A stretch of 64,000 bases of DNA, taken from positions 3,680,001 to 3,744,000 of the forward strand of contig OZ245046.1 in assembly GCA_965224245.1 (NCBI GenBank), in the 5' to 3' direction. The position numbers and the translations under genes were made by a program. A model generated the notes under the pieces. That model was not told the DNA's origin. It ran no database searches and was given only the letters and a program-made list of their open reading frames with translations. This DNA comes from Candidatus Eiseniibacteriota bacterium (lineage in GTDB: Bacteria; Eisenbacteria; RBG-16-71-46; CAZAMP01). Below, in pieces: positions 20,078 through 29,334 of the stretch (its first letter is position 1; each line of letters opens with the position of its first letter).

Positions 20078-22753
20078 ATGACGACAAGGAGCCTATTCGA
20101 CATGCGCCCGACGCGTCTCGACCCCAGAACCTCGCCGCGGGCGCGTACGCTCGCCATCGGGATCGCCATCGCGCTACCCGTGTCTCTCGCCTCGGTCGTC
20201 CCCGCTCTGGCGGGGTATGCATCGTTCGCGCGCCCCGACGGTGGAGGTGGGATTCCCACCCACGCCAACGGGCAGGCCAGCACCCCGCCATCGGTGAAGG
20301 CCTATCGGCTCTCCGGCGGCGAGACCATCCAGATCGACGGCGCGCTGGACGACGCGGCCTGGGCACGCGCCGAGACCGGCGGCGGCTTCCGGACCTGGGA
20401 TCCCGATCGCGGTCAGCCCGAGAAGGAGCGGACCGCGTTCAAGGTCGCCTACGACGAGCACGCGGTCTACTTCGCCATCGCGTGCTACGAGCACGACCCG
20501 AACCAGATCGCCAGCACGCTCTCGCGGCGCGACCGGTTCTCGAACTCCGACTACGTCAGCGTCCACATCGATCCCTACCACGACAAGACCACCGGCTTCA
20601 GCTTCCGCGTGAACCCGCGCGGCGTGCAGCAGGACGCGTACTACTACAACGACGGCGACACGGACTTCGACTGGGACGCGGTCTGGGAAGCCAGGACCAC
20701 TCGGGATCGGGACGGCTGGTACGCGGAGATCCGGATCCCGCTGGCCTCGATCCGGTACCGGACGACGGTGGACGCCTGGGGTCTCCAGGTTCAGCGGTTC
20801 ATGCAGTCGCGCGGCGAGTCCACGGCCTGGACGGTGTGGGATCGGGACGTCCCGGGATACGTGAGCCAGTTCGGCACCGTGACCGGCATCCGCGACATTC
20901 CGAATCCGCGCCAGCTGGAGGTGATGCCGTACACGGTGCTGCGCAGCACGGACTACGCGGCTCCCGGGTCGGACGAGATGGACGACTTCGAGAACCTGGG
21001 GCTCGACATGAAGTACGGCGTGACGTCGGATCTGACGCTGAACGCCACCTTCCAGCCCGACTTCGGTCAGGTCGAGGCCGATCCGGCGACGTTGAACCTG
21101 TCCCCGTTCGAGACGTTCTACTCCGAGAAGCGCCCGTTCTTCATCGAGGGCTCCCGGTACTTCGAGCATCCCGACTTCAATCTGTTCTACTCGCGCCGCA
21201 TCGGCACCGGCAGCGAGAGCGCACGCATTCGCTACGCGGGCAAGCTCACGGGAAAGACCGCCGGCGACGTGTCTCTGGCCGCGCTCTTCGCATCCACCGA
21301 CGTGACACAGAAGGGGCAGGCCCACAACTTCATCAAGGGCGGCGAGCAGCAATCGAACTACTTCGTGGGGCGCATGGCCAAGGAGTTCGACTCGGGACGT
21401 CACCGCGTCGGCCTCACCCAGACGGCGGTTGCGAACTCGGCATCGCGCGAGGACGTCGGAGACTTCGGCTCGCGCGAGGCGTACACGACCGGCGTCGACT
21501 TCATGTCGCACTTCTCGGGCCGCACGTACCGGCTGGAGGGATCGTTCGTGGGATCGGTGATCGACCCCGAGAAGCTCGCGTCCGCCGAGGACGCACCGTC
21601 CAAGCGATACGGGACGGGCGGCGAGATCGGCCTCCGTCGGCGCGGCAATCTCTCGGCGGGCACCTGGTTCCGATGGGAGTCCGATCGTCTCGATCTCAAT
21701 GACATGGGCTTCCTGAGCGCGCCCGACGAGATGAACTCGGGAGCATGGGTCTCGTACGGCATCAATCCCGACGGCGAGAGCTCGTGGCTCAACCGGGGAA
21801 ACCTGAACGTCAACCTGTACAAGAGCTGGATCTACGGCGACCGGACCGGCTACGACATCCGAACCGGCGAGCAGACGTGGCGGTACTCGAAGGGTCATCG
21901 CGGGTTCGCGAGTGGAAACGTGAACGGCTGGATGCAGTTCACGAACTACATGGAGGCCTGGTGGGGCTTCGACGCGATCGCCGAGGGCACGCAGCGATAC
22001 GAGACGCGTTCCTGGGTCGAGCGCAGCGACGGTAGCTTCGAGTCGATCCCCGGTGGTGGACCGCTCATGACCGAGCCGACCACGTACGGGTTCTGGGCCG
22101 GCTACAACACCGACACGCGCAAGGACCTCGAGGCCTCGATCGAGATCAGCGACTACTGGGACGTGGCGTCCAACTACAGTGCGCGGATCGGACTCGGCGT
22201 GGGCTGGACGCAGTCCGCGGCCATGAACCACGAGGCCCACGTCTCGTACCGGAAACGGATCGACGACACGCAGCACGTCGGCAACTTCGAGTCGACCGAC
22301 GGCGGCGGCATCGGCGGCGTCGACCACGTCTTCGGCAAGATCGACCAGCGCACCGTGGATCTGACGCTCCGGACGAACCTGCTGTTCACGCGAAACCAGT
22401 CGCTCGAGCTGTACGCTCAGCCCTTCATCACGGTCGGCGACTACACCCAGCCGAGGCGTCTGGCCCAGGCCGACACGTACGATCTGGAGGCCTACGAGGC
22501 CGATGGGTTCGACGTCGCCGACAACGACTTCTCGTTCTCGGCGGTCAACGTGAACGCGGTCTACCGCTGGGAGTACCGTCCGGGCAGCACGCTGTTCCTC
22601 GTCTGGGCACACAGCCGGTCGTCGTACGACCAGGCGGCCTTCCACGACGGGTCGCCGGGGGCATTCGACAACGCACTCACCGGCGACGCGCTGTTCTCGA
22701 ACGAGCCGGAGAACACGTTCCTGGTGAAGCTGACGTACTGGCTTCCGATCTAG
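20078..22753 (+). CDS. DUF5916 protein (CBM9-like N-domain plus outer-membrane barrel)
   Basis: IDGALDDAAW, IDPYHD, WDAVW, QPDFGQVEAD...FYSEKRPFFIEG...FYSRRIG; ends FLVKLTYWLPI. GGAG before ATG 20078. Confidence 0.85.
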   Translation: MTTRSLFDMRPTRLDPRTSPRARTLAIGIAIALPVSLASVVPALAGYASFARPDGGGGIPTHANGQASTPPSVKAYRLSGGETIQIDGALDDAAWARAETGGGFRTWDPDRGQPEKERTAFKVAYDEHAVYFAIACYEHDPNQIASTLSRRDRFSNSDYVSVHIDPYHDKTTGFSFRVNPRGVQQDAYYYNDGDTDFDWDAVWEARTTRDRDGWYAEIRIPLASIRYRTTVDAWGLQVQRFMQSRGESTAWTVWDRDVPGYVSQFGTVTGIRDIPNPRQLEVMPYTVLRSTDYAAPGSDEMDDFENLGLDMKYGVTSDLTLNATFQPDFGQVEADPATLNLSPFETFYSEKRPFFIEGSRYFEHPDFNLFYSRRIGTGSESARIRYAGKLTGKTAGDVSLAALFASTDVTQKGQAHNFIKGGEQQSNYFVGRMAKEFDSGRHRVGLTQTAVANSASREDVGDFGSREAYTTGVDFMSHFSGRTYRLEGSFVGSVIDPEKLASAEDAPSKRYGTGGEIGLRRRGNLSAGTWFRWESDRLDLNDMGFLSAPDEMNSGAWVSYGINPDGESSWLNRGNLNVNLYKSWIYGDRTGYDIRTGEQTWRYSKGHRGFASGNVNGWMQFTNYMEAWWGFDAIAEGTQRYETRSWVERSDGSFESIPGGGPLMTEPTTYGFWAGYNTDTRKDLEASIEISDYWDVASNYSARIGLGVGWTQSAAMNHEAHVSYRKRIDDTQHVGNFESTDGGGIGGVDHVFGKIDQRTVDLTLRTNLLFTRNQSLELYAQPFITVGDYTQPRRLAQADTYDLEAYEADGFDVADNDFSFSAVNVNAVYRWEYRPGSTLFLVWAHSRSSYDQAAFHDGSPGAFDNALTGDALFSNEPENTFLVKLTYWLPI

Positions 22754-22825
22754 CTCCGTGTGAGCGGCGCTCGCCACTCGCGAGCGATGCTCGCCAAACG
22801 CAAACGATGTTCGTGCCTCCTGTCC

Positions 22826-22947
22826 GCGAGCCGGGGTGGGGGCATGAACCCCTCTGCTCAAACAGTCCTCGCGCGGCCGGGCCCCTCGAAGGGCCGGCCT
22901 GATTCCCTGCGGAACTCGCCGGGGTCCATGCCCCCACCCCGACTCGC
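22826..22947. repeat. 27-bp inverted repeat enclosing an inner hairpin (REP/MITE-like element or structured RNA)
   Basis: Arms 22826-22852 and 22921-22947 match 25/27 as reverse complements. Inner hairpin at 22875-22899. Confidence 0.75.
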
Positions 22948-23057
22948 TACGTCGGTGGAACGTCACCCGGACATTAGGTCTCGTGCGTGAACGGCGACAC
23001 GTGCGATCGAAGCGAGCACGGCGCCGTGATGGAACCATCGACGCGAGCCGTACCTGA

Positions 23058-23761
23058 TGTCTCGACCTCCTTGCTCTGACGGGCGGGGAGCCGGTGCAGC
23101 TGACGACCGACGGAGGGCGTTGCGCAACGTGGTCTACGGACGGGAGTCGGATCGCGTACCGGTCGACGTCCGTTTGTAGCGGCATTCACGTGATTCCGGC
23201 CGGCGGCGGCATCCCTACGTGCCTGGTGGAGGATGCCGGGGACCGGACTGGTCCGCCGACGGAACCCAGATCGCGGTCTCGTGCTGCAACGAATCGCAGG
23301 TTGCGATCACGCTCGTCCAGCGGTCCGACCCCGGCGTGTGGCAGACCGTCACCGATCCGCCGTCGGGCTACGACATTCAGCCCTCGTGGATGCCCGACGG
23401 GCAGCGGATCGCGTTCACCTCGACCCGATCGGGAAGCTTCGACCTCTGGATGATCGACCTCACCACGGTGGGCGCGCCGCCGGACGCGAGTCCGGGACGG
23501 CCCGGGCTCATGGTGGCACCGAACCCGGCCGACGGCTGGGTGACGATCCGCTTCGCGGCGTCGGCGCTCGAGGCGGGACGCGTGGACATCCACGACGTCG
23601 CCGGGCGGCTCGTGCGCCGCATGACGCTGGATGGCGCCGCGCGCGGCACGATCACGTGGGACCGGCAGGACTCGGGCGGGCGCCGGATCGCGGCCGGCAC
23701 GTACCTGGTCCGTCTGACCACGGACGACGGGCACACGACGCGCCGCGTCGTCGTGCGGTAG
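23058..23761 (+). pseudogene. 5'-truncated, frameshifted TolB/PD40-repeat protein with FlgD-Ig C-terminus
   Basis: GGEPVQLT...WSTDGSRIAY, shift in the G-run at 23238-23241, then PDWSADG...PSWMPDGQRIAFTSTRSG...APNP...HDVAGRLV...AGTYLVRL. In-frame TGA at 23055 and no signal peptide. Confidence 0.65.
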
Positions 23762-23824
23762 ACGCCTCGTCGCTCGCGCCCGGCCCGCATCGGCTCCCTC
23801 CATGGGCCGAGGTCCGGGTGCTCG

Positions 23825-25255
23825 TCAGCGCGCTTTCAGGACGATCAGCTTCTCCTCGGTCATGTCGTGGATGCCGTTCTCGACGCCGCCCATGGCCAGG
23901 CCCGCGTTGCCCCGACCGCCGAACGGCATCCAGTCCACGCGAAACGCGGTCAGATCGTTGATCATGTAGGCGGCCGCCCGCACCTCGCGGGCCGCGTGGA
24001 ACGCGCGGTCGACGTCCTGGGTGAAGATCGACGACTGGAACGGATTCTCCGACGCGTTGACCTTCGCGATCGCCTCGTCGAGCGTGTCGACCGGCTGGAC
24101 GACCACGACGGGTCCGAAGATCTCGTGGGTGATCACGCGGGCGTCCTCGGGAACGCCCCGGAGGATCGTCGTCGGATAGAGCGTCTCGGACGACAGCGCG
24201 CCCCCGAGCAAGATCTCGGCGCCGGCGCTCTTCGCCTCGCCGACCCACTCGTCGACCCGGGTCACCTCGGCCTTCTCGATCAGCGCGCCGACATCGGTGT
24301 CCGCGTCGCGCGCGTCACCGCACACGAGCTCCGACGCGGCCGCGCGGAGGCGCTCGGTGAACGCCGGCTCGATGGACCGCTCCACGTAGAGCCGCTGGGT
24401 CGACACGCACACCTGCCCCGCGTGATAGTACGATCCGCGAGCGATCAGCGGCATCGCGTGATCCAGATCGGCGTCCGCGAGCACGATGCTGGCCGCGTTG
24501 CCACCGTGCTCGGCGGCCATGCGCGTGCCGTCCGCCGCCTCGCGACGGATGCGCCAGCCCATCTCGGCCGAGCCGATGAACGTGATGAAGTTCACGAGCG
24601 GGCTCGACACCAGCGCACCGGCGCGACGACCGGGCACCGGCAGGACCTGCAAGACCCCCTCGGGCAAGCCCGCCTCGCGCATCATCTCGCCGAGCTCGAG
24701 CGAGCACATCGGCGTGGACGAGGCCGGCTTCAGGATGCACGTGTTCCCCGCCGCGATCGCGGTTCCCGCCTGGTGACAGGCCAGGTTCAGCGGATGGTTG
24801 AACGCGCAGATCGCCAGCACGACCCCGATCGGCTCGGGAACCGTGAACGCGATGCGGTTCTCGGTGCCGGGGGCGCGCTGCATGCTCCACTGGCGGCCCT
24901 CGAGTCGTTCGGCCACCGCCGCGCACTCGTCCAGGGTCACGGCCGCCCGTGTCACCTCGACCTTCGCGTCCTTCAGAGGCTTGCCGCCCTCGGCGGCGAT
25001 CAGCGCGGAGAGCGCGTCGTGACGCTCGCGGATGAGCACCGCGGTCCGCCGAAGGATCGCGGCACGCTCCCAGGCCGGCACCTTGCGCCAGCTCGCGTCC
25101 TGGATCCGTCTTGCGGTCTCCAGCGCCACCGGCAGCGCGGCGAGTGGCGCGAGCTCGACCTCGCCCACGACCTCACGTGTGAACGGCGTCTCCACGGGCA
25201 GCATCTCGGGCTCGGTGGACTCGTAGTCCGGGATGCTCAGTCGGTAGCTCTTCAT
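23825..25255 (-). CDS. NAD(P)-dependent aldehyde dehydrogenase (EHGG subtype; possible succinic semialdehyde dehydrogenase)
   Basis: AFNHPLNL, LKPAS, FIGS, EHGGN, catalytic GQVCVS, EIFGPV and DWMPFGG. Start at ATG 25255. Confidence 0.9.
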   Translation of the reverse strand: MKSYRLSIPDYESTEPEMLPVETPFTREVVGEVELAPLAALPVALETARRIQDASWRKVPAWERAAILRRTAVLIRERHDALSALIAAEGGKPLKDAKVEVTRAAVTLDECAAVAERLEGRQWSMQRAPGTENRIAFTVPEPIGVVLAICAFNHPLNLACHQAGTAIAAGNTCILKPASSTPMCSLELGEMMREAGLPEGVLQVLPVPGRRAGALVSSPLVNFITFIGSAEMGWRIRREAADGTRMAAEHGGNAASIVLADADLDHAMPLIARGSYYHAGQVCVSTQRLYVERSIEPAFTERLRAAASELVCGDARDADTDVGALIEKAEVTRVDEWVGEAKSAGAEILLGGALSSETLYPTTILRGVPEDARVITHEIFGPVVVVQPVDTLDEAIAKVNASENPFQSSIFTQDVDRAFHAAREVRAAAYMINDLTAFRVDWMPFGGRGNAGLAMGGVENGIHDMTEEKLIVLKAR

Positions 25256-25272
25256 GTTTCGACTCCAGACAC

Positions 25273-26979
25273 TCAGTGGGCGATGAGCCGCCCGAGACGG
25301 TGTGTGAGCTTCAGGTTCTCGGAGTAATCGACGGGCACCACGACCACCGACGGACGTGAGGTCTCGCGCGCCGCGGCCTCCATCGCCGCGGTGAATCCGT
25401 CGGCGCTCTCCACGCGCGTTGCGAACGCACCGAACGAACGGGCCAGCGCCACGAGATCCGGGTTCCGGAACGACGTGTGAGACGTCGTTCCGAACTGGGC
25501 CTCCTGCTTCCAGGCGATCAGACCGTACCCGTCGTCCTCCCAGACGAGGGTGATGCTGGGCACCTCGTACTGGACGGCGGTGGCCAGCTCCTGGACGTTC
25601 ATCAGGAAGCCGCCGTCCCCGCACAGGCCGACGGCGCGCCGCTCCGGATGGACCAGCTTTGCCGCGACGGCGCCGGGAAGCGCAATGCCCATCGAGCAGA
25701 ACCCGTTGGAGATGATCACGGTACCGGGCACGAACGCGGGATAGTAGCGGGCGATCCACATCTTGTGGGCGCCGACGTCCGAGATCAGGATGTCGTCGTC
25801 GTCCATGAACGCGCGCAGGTCGCGGAGGATGCGCTGCGGCTTCATCGGAAACGAATCGCTCAGCGCGGTCTCGCGCGCCTCCCGGAACGCGGGGTTCTCG
25901 CCCTGGATCTCGTCGGCCGCGAGGCTCGCCCATCCCAGCTCGTGGATCATGTGCTGCCGCACGTGCCGGAACTCGGGCACGTCGAAGCGAACGTCGTCGC
26001 CGAGCTTCTCGTTGATCTCCCAGAGTGCCGACGCCACGTCGCTGACGACCTCCACCTCGGTCCGGTAGTGGTTGTCCACCTCCGCCGGCGCGAAGTCGAT
26101 GTGGATGATCTTCTTGTCCTGATCGGGATTCCACCGATCGGGGTGCCACTCGATCATGTCGTACCCGATCGCGAGCACGACGTCGGCCTTTGCGAAGGCC
26201 TCGTTGATGTGGTCCTTCGAGCCCAGCCCCGCCACGAAGAGCGAATGCGGATCTCGATCCGAGATCACCCCCTTGCCCATGAACGTGTGAACCACCATCA
26301 CGCCCGTGCGATCGACGAGGCGCTGGAGCTGCTTCGTCGCCCGCTTGCGAACGCAGCCGTTGCCCGCGATGACCAGCGGCCGCTCGGCCGAGCGCAACAG
26401 GTCCACGGCCTGCCGCACGGCCTTGTGGTCGGGCGCCGCGCGCCGGAACTTGTGTCCCCGAACGGGGATCGGCGTCTCGGTGGTGTCGTCCTTCGCCACG
26501 TCCTCGGGCAGCTCCACGTGGGTCGCGCCCGGCTTCTCGAGCTGCGCGAGGCGGCTCGCCTTGCGGACGACCTCGGGGATGTTGTCGGCGCGATGGACCG
26601 AGGTCGCCCACTTCGTGATCGGTCTGAACATCTCGACGACGTTCATGTTCTGGTGCGACTCCTTGTGGAGACGCGTGAGGGCGCCCTGACCGGTGATCGC
26701 CATCACGGGCGATCGATCGAGGTGGGCGTTCGCGACACCGGTCACGAGGTTCGTCGCGCCGGGTCCGAGCGTGGCCAGGCACGTACCGGGCTTCCCGGTG
26801 AGGCGGCCGTAGACGTCGGCCATGAAGGCGGCGCCCTGCTCGTGGCGGCAGATCACGAACCGAATCGGGGAGTCGAGCAGCGACATCATCAGGTCGGCGT
26901 TCTCCTCGCCGGGAACGCCGAAGATGTACTCGACCCCCTCCTCTTCCAGGCACCGAAGGAACAGATCGGACGCTTTCAT
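25273..26979 (-). CDS. ThDP-dependent enzyme of the acetolactate synthase-like family (possible 2-oxoglutarate decarboxylase)
   Basis: FGVPGEEN, RHEQGAAFMA, GPGATN and GDGGFLMN ThDP motif. No ilvN or ilvC nearby. Confidence 0.88.
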   Translation of the reverse strand: MKASDLFLRCLEEEGVEYIFGVPGEENADLMMSLLDSPIRFVICRHEQGAAFMADVYGRLTGKPGTCLATLGPGATNLVTGVANAHLDRSPVMAITGQGALTRLHKESHQNMNVVEMFRPITKWATSVHRADNIPEVVRKASRLAQLEKPGATHVELPEDVAKDDTTETPIPVRGHKFRRAAPDHKAVRQAVDLLRSAERPLVIAGNGCVRKRATKQLQRLVDRTGVMVVHTFMGKGVISDRDPHSLFVAGLGSKDHINEAFAKADVVLAIGYDMIEWHPDRWNPDQDKKIIHIDFAPAEVDNHYRTEVEVVSDVASALWEINEKLGDDVRFDVPEFRHVRQHMIHELGWASLAADEIQGENPAFREARETALSDSFPMKPQRILRDLRAFMDDDDILISDVGAHKMWIARYYPAFVPGTVIISNGFCSMGIALPGAVAAKLVHPERRAVGLCGDGGFLMNVQELATAVQYEVPSITLVWEDDGYGLIAWKQEAQFGTTSHTSFRNPDLVALARSFGAFATRVESADGFTAAMEAAARETSRPSVVVVPVDYSENLKLTHRLGRLIAH

Positions 26980-27141
26980 GGCGTGCACTCCGTCACGACG
27001 GATGGGGTTGCGGAGAGGATCCCGGCCGTTCCCCGGCATGACGAGACACTAGAGCATCATCGGGCCCGGAATCCACCGGACGACACCGCCGGAGATCGTC
27101 TCCGGCCGGTACGCGCGAACTGAAGTGGTCGAGACGACCAC

Positions 27142-27174
27142 AAAAAAACGCCGGCCCCGCGGAGGAGCCGGCGT
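27142..27174 (-). terminator. Rho-independent terminator
   Basis: GC stem ACGCCGGC/GCCGGCGT followed on the minus strand by a T-run, about 20 nt after the stop at 27196. Confidence 0.85.
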
Positions 27175-27195
27175 CGGAACCGAACGGAGCCGACG

Positions 27196-28020
27196 CTACG
27201 CGTCGGTGCTCGCGATGGCGCGAATGCGGGCCTGCATGACGGCCAGGTTGGCCATGACCGGATCGTCGAACTTCTGGTCGGCGAGGGTCATCGTGCACGT
27301 ACCGTGCGACTTCGTGTAGCCCACGGCGCACCCGTCGACGGTCTCGCCCTTGTCCGTGGCGAGCTTGATGGCCTCGACGCGCTCGGTGACCTTGGTGAGG
27401 AACGCCTGGGCCTCGGCCTCGGTCTTGAACGTGCGGTTGGCGACCTTGTAGCGCATCTTCGACGTGCAGCCGGCGTCGGCGGCCTTCGCGCTGGCGGTGG
27501 CGGCACAGTGGAGCGTCTCGTCGCTGCCCTCGACGCCGTAGGCGACCGTGAGCATCTCCTGCATGTCGGCGCGGAGCCCCTGGACCAGGGCGCTGGCGGC
27601 CTCGTGCTCGTCGGAGTAGGTCGTTCCGCGGGCGATGTAGGAGACGTTCGACCAGCTCGCGGCCTCGTCGCGGCTCATCGTGTACGTCGGCTGGCCGTCG
27701 ACCTTCGCCATGTAGACGAGCGTGGTCTTGCTGCAGTCCACGCCCTTCTCCAGGCAGGCCTCGTACGAGCAGTCGGACGCGTTCTTCGTGGCGCAAGCGG
27801 CCGCCATCGTGGCCGAGCATCCGGACATCTGGGCCGAGGCCGTCGTGACCTTGGACGCGCAGTGGTCGGACGCGCTGGCCGCCTTGGCGGCGCAGGAGGA
27901 GCTGGTGAGGCCAGCCGTCTTCGTCTCGGCCTTGGAGCCGCAGCCGGGCCCGGCGTCGGCAGTGAAGGCCACGATGCTGACGGCCGCGGCGGTCATCGCG
28001 AGGGTGCGGAAGAGCTTCAT
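27196..28020 (-). CDS. Secreted Cys/Ala-rich hypothetical protein
   Basis: Signal peptide MKLFRTLAMTAAAVSIVAFTADA, many spaced Cys residues, AGGAG RBS and its own terminator. Confidence 0.8.
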   Translation of the reverse strand: MKLFRTLAMTAAAVSIVAFTADAGPGCGSKAETKTAGLTSSSCAAKAASASDHCASKVTTASAQMSGCSATMAAACATKNASDCSYEACLEKGVDCSKTTLVYMAKVDGQPTYTMSRDEAASWSNVSYIARGTTYSDEHEAASALVQGLRADMQEMLTVAYGVEGSDETLHCAATASAKAADAGCTSKMRYKVANRTFKTEAEAQAFLTKVTERVEAIKLATDKGETVDGCAVGYTKSHGTCTMTLADQKFDDPVMANLAVMQARIRAIASTDA

Positions 28021-28097
28021 GTGCATTCAACTCCTGTGACGAAGGGAACTTACCCAGCCCGTAGTACGACGAAGCCCGGCGGACCGGGCGACACCGA

Positions 28098-28126
28098 TTA
28101 GAGTCGTCGAAGGCGGCGCCGGTTCC
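28098..28126 (-). promoter_or_regulatory. Putative ECF (sigmaE-like) promoter
   Basis: Minus strand GGAACC-N18-TCTAA, about 80 nt upstream of the Cys-rich gene. Confidence 0.4.
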
Positions 28127-28276
28127 ACAAATCCCGGCCCGGGAGCGGACACGGCCCCGACAGCCCGTATTGTCGGCGATCGAACGCCGTTCTTCAACCG
28201 CCTCGACCCTCGGAGCCGACAGCACACCGATTTGTCCAGGTTTCCACCCGGGCGCGACGGTGATCCGGGGCTCTGC

Positions 28277-28314
28277 TTGACGCGTTTCGACCGATAATGT
28301 AACCTACTTGTTAC
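28277..28314 (+). promoter_or_regulatory. sigma70 promoter with overlapping palindromic operator
   Basis: TTGACG-N17-TAACCT, with the inverted repeat GTAAC-N6-GTTAC (28299-28314) just before ATG 28317. Confidence 0.7.
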
Positions 28315-28316
28315 CT

Positions 28317-28664
28317 ATGAACGACCACACGACCGATCTCGTCTTCTCCGCGCTGGCCCATCCCGCGCGCCGGCGGATCCTCGACCTCCTGGTGAGCTCG
28401 CCGGGCTCGAGCGTGAAGGACATCGCATCGCACTTCGAGTTCACCCGGATCGCCACCATGAAGCACCTGGCGACGCTCGAGTCCGCCGACCTGGTCATCA
28501 GCGAGAAGACGGGACGCGTACGGCGTCACTACTTCAACGCCATTCCGATCCAGCTCATCTACGACCGGTGGACCAGCGACTACGCCGCGTTCTGGGCCGG
28601 CCGGATGGCCGACGTTCGAGACCGCGTCGAAGCGCGCCAGAAGGAGACGACGAAGCGTGCCTGA
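28317..28664 (+). CDS. ArsR/SmtB family transcriptional regulator
   Basis: VFSALAHPARRRILDLL...TRIATMKHLATLESADLV...GRVRRHYFNAIPIQ. Confidence 0.9.
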   Translation: MNDHTTDLVFSALAHPARRRILDLLVSSPGSSVKDIASHFEFTRIATMKHLATLESADLVISEKTGRVRRHYFNAIPIQLIYDRWTSDYAAFWAGRMADVRDRVEARQKETTKRA

Positions 28665-29181
28665 ACCATCCAAGTTCCGGGTCTTCATCCGGGGGACGAT
28701 CGAAGACGTCTGGCAGGAGATCACGCGTACCGACGCCCCGATCGCGGCGTTCTTCAACTCCCGGATGGACGTGGGCCGGCTCGCCCCGGGGTCGAAGCTC
28801 GCGATGCGGTCCCCCAGCGGCAAGTACACGGGTGTCGTCGGGGAGATCACCGACTACGACCCTCCGACGCGGTTCGGTCACACGTTTCGGTTCACGAACC
28901 TCGACGATCCCCCGTGCCGCGTCGTCTACGACCTCGAGGCCGTCGAGGGAGGCGTCCGGTTCACGCTCACGATCCACGACCTGCCCCTCGGAACGAAGAC
29001 CGCCAAGCAGATGGTGCGCGGCGGCACGATGATCGTGAACACGCTCAAGAGCGTCATCGAGACCGGCCGCCCGAGCTTCGGCACGCGGTTGCTCTTCGTT
29101 CTGTTCAGGCTTCTCGAGCCCACCACGCCCAGGCGGTGCCTGAGCGTCGAGTGGCCCGTGCGCGAAGGAGGTGATGCGTGA
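28657..29181 (+). CDS. SRPBCC/AHSA1-domain protein
   Basis: FIRGTIEDVWQEIT...GEITDYDPP...LKSVIETG. Overlaps the ArsR gene, a typical pair. Confidence 0.82.
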   Translation: MPEPSKFRVFIRGTIEDVWQEITRTDAPIAAFFNSRMDVGRLAPGSKLAMRSPSGKYTGVVGEITDYDPPTRFGHTFRFTNLDDPPCRVVYDLEAVEGGVRFTLTIHDLPLGTKTAKQMVRGGTMIVNTLKSVIETGRPSFGTRLLFVLFRLLEPTTPRRCLSVEWPVREGGDA

Positions 29182-29334
29182 CCCGGGTCGTGGGCTCGAT
29201 CGTGCTCGGCGGAAGCGCCGTCTTCTTCGGGGAGGCTCGCGCTCGTCCCGCCGGTCGTCCAGCTGCGGGGCGACTCGCGGCCCGGATGGCCCGAGCGGGT
29301 CGGCACGTGGCGTCGCGTTCAGCCGGTCGCCCGG

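Noticed and set aside
22826-22947. 6S RNA, SRP RNA or hammerhead ribozyme identity for the long hairpin
   Set aside because: It lacks the SRP GGAA loop motif and the hammerhead CUGAnGA/GAAA core, and is short for 6S. Kept as an unassigned structured element.
23055-23057. In-frame TGA as possible selenocysteine
   Set aside because: No redox motif context and the upstream frame is not protein-like; gene decay is the simpler explanation.
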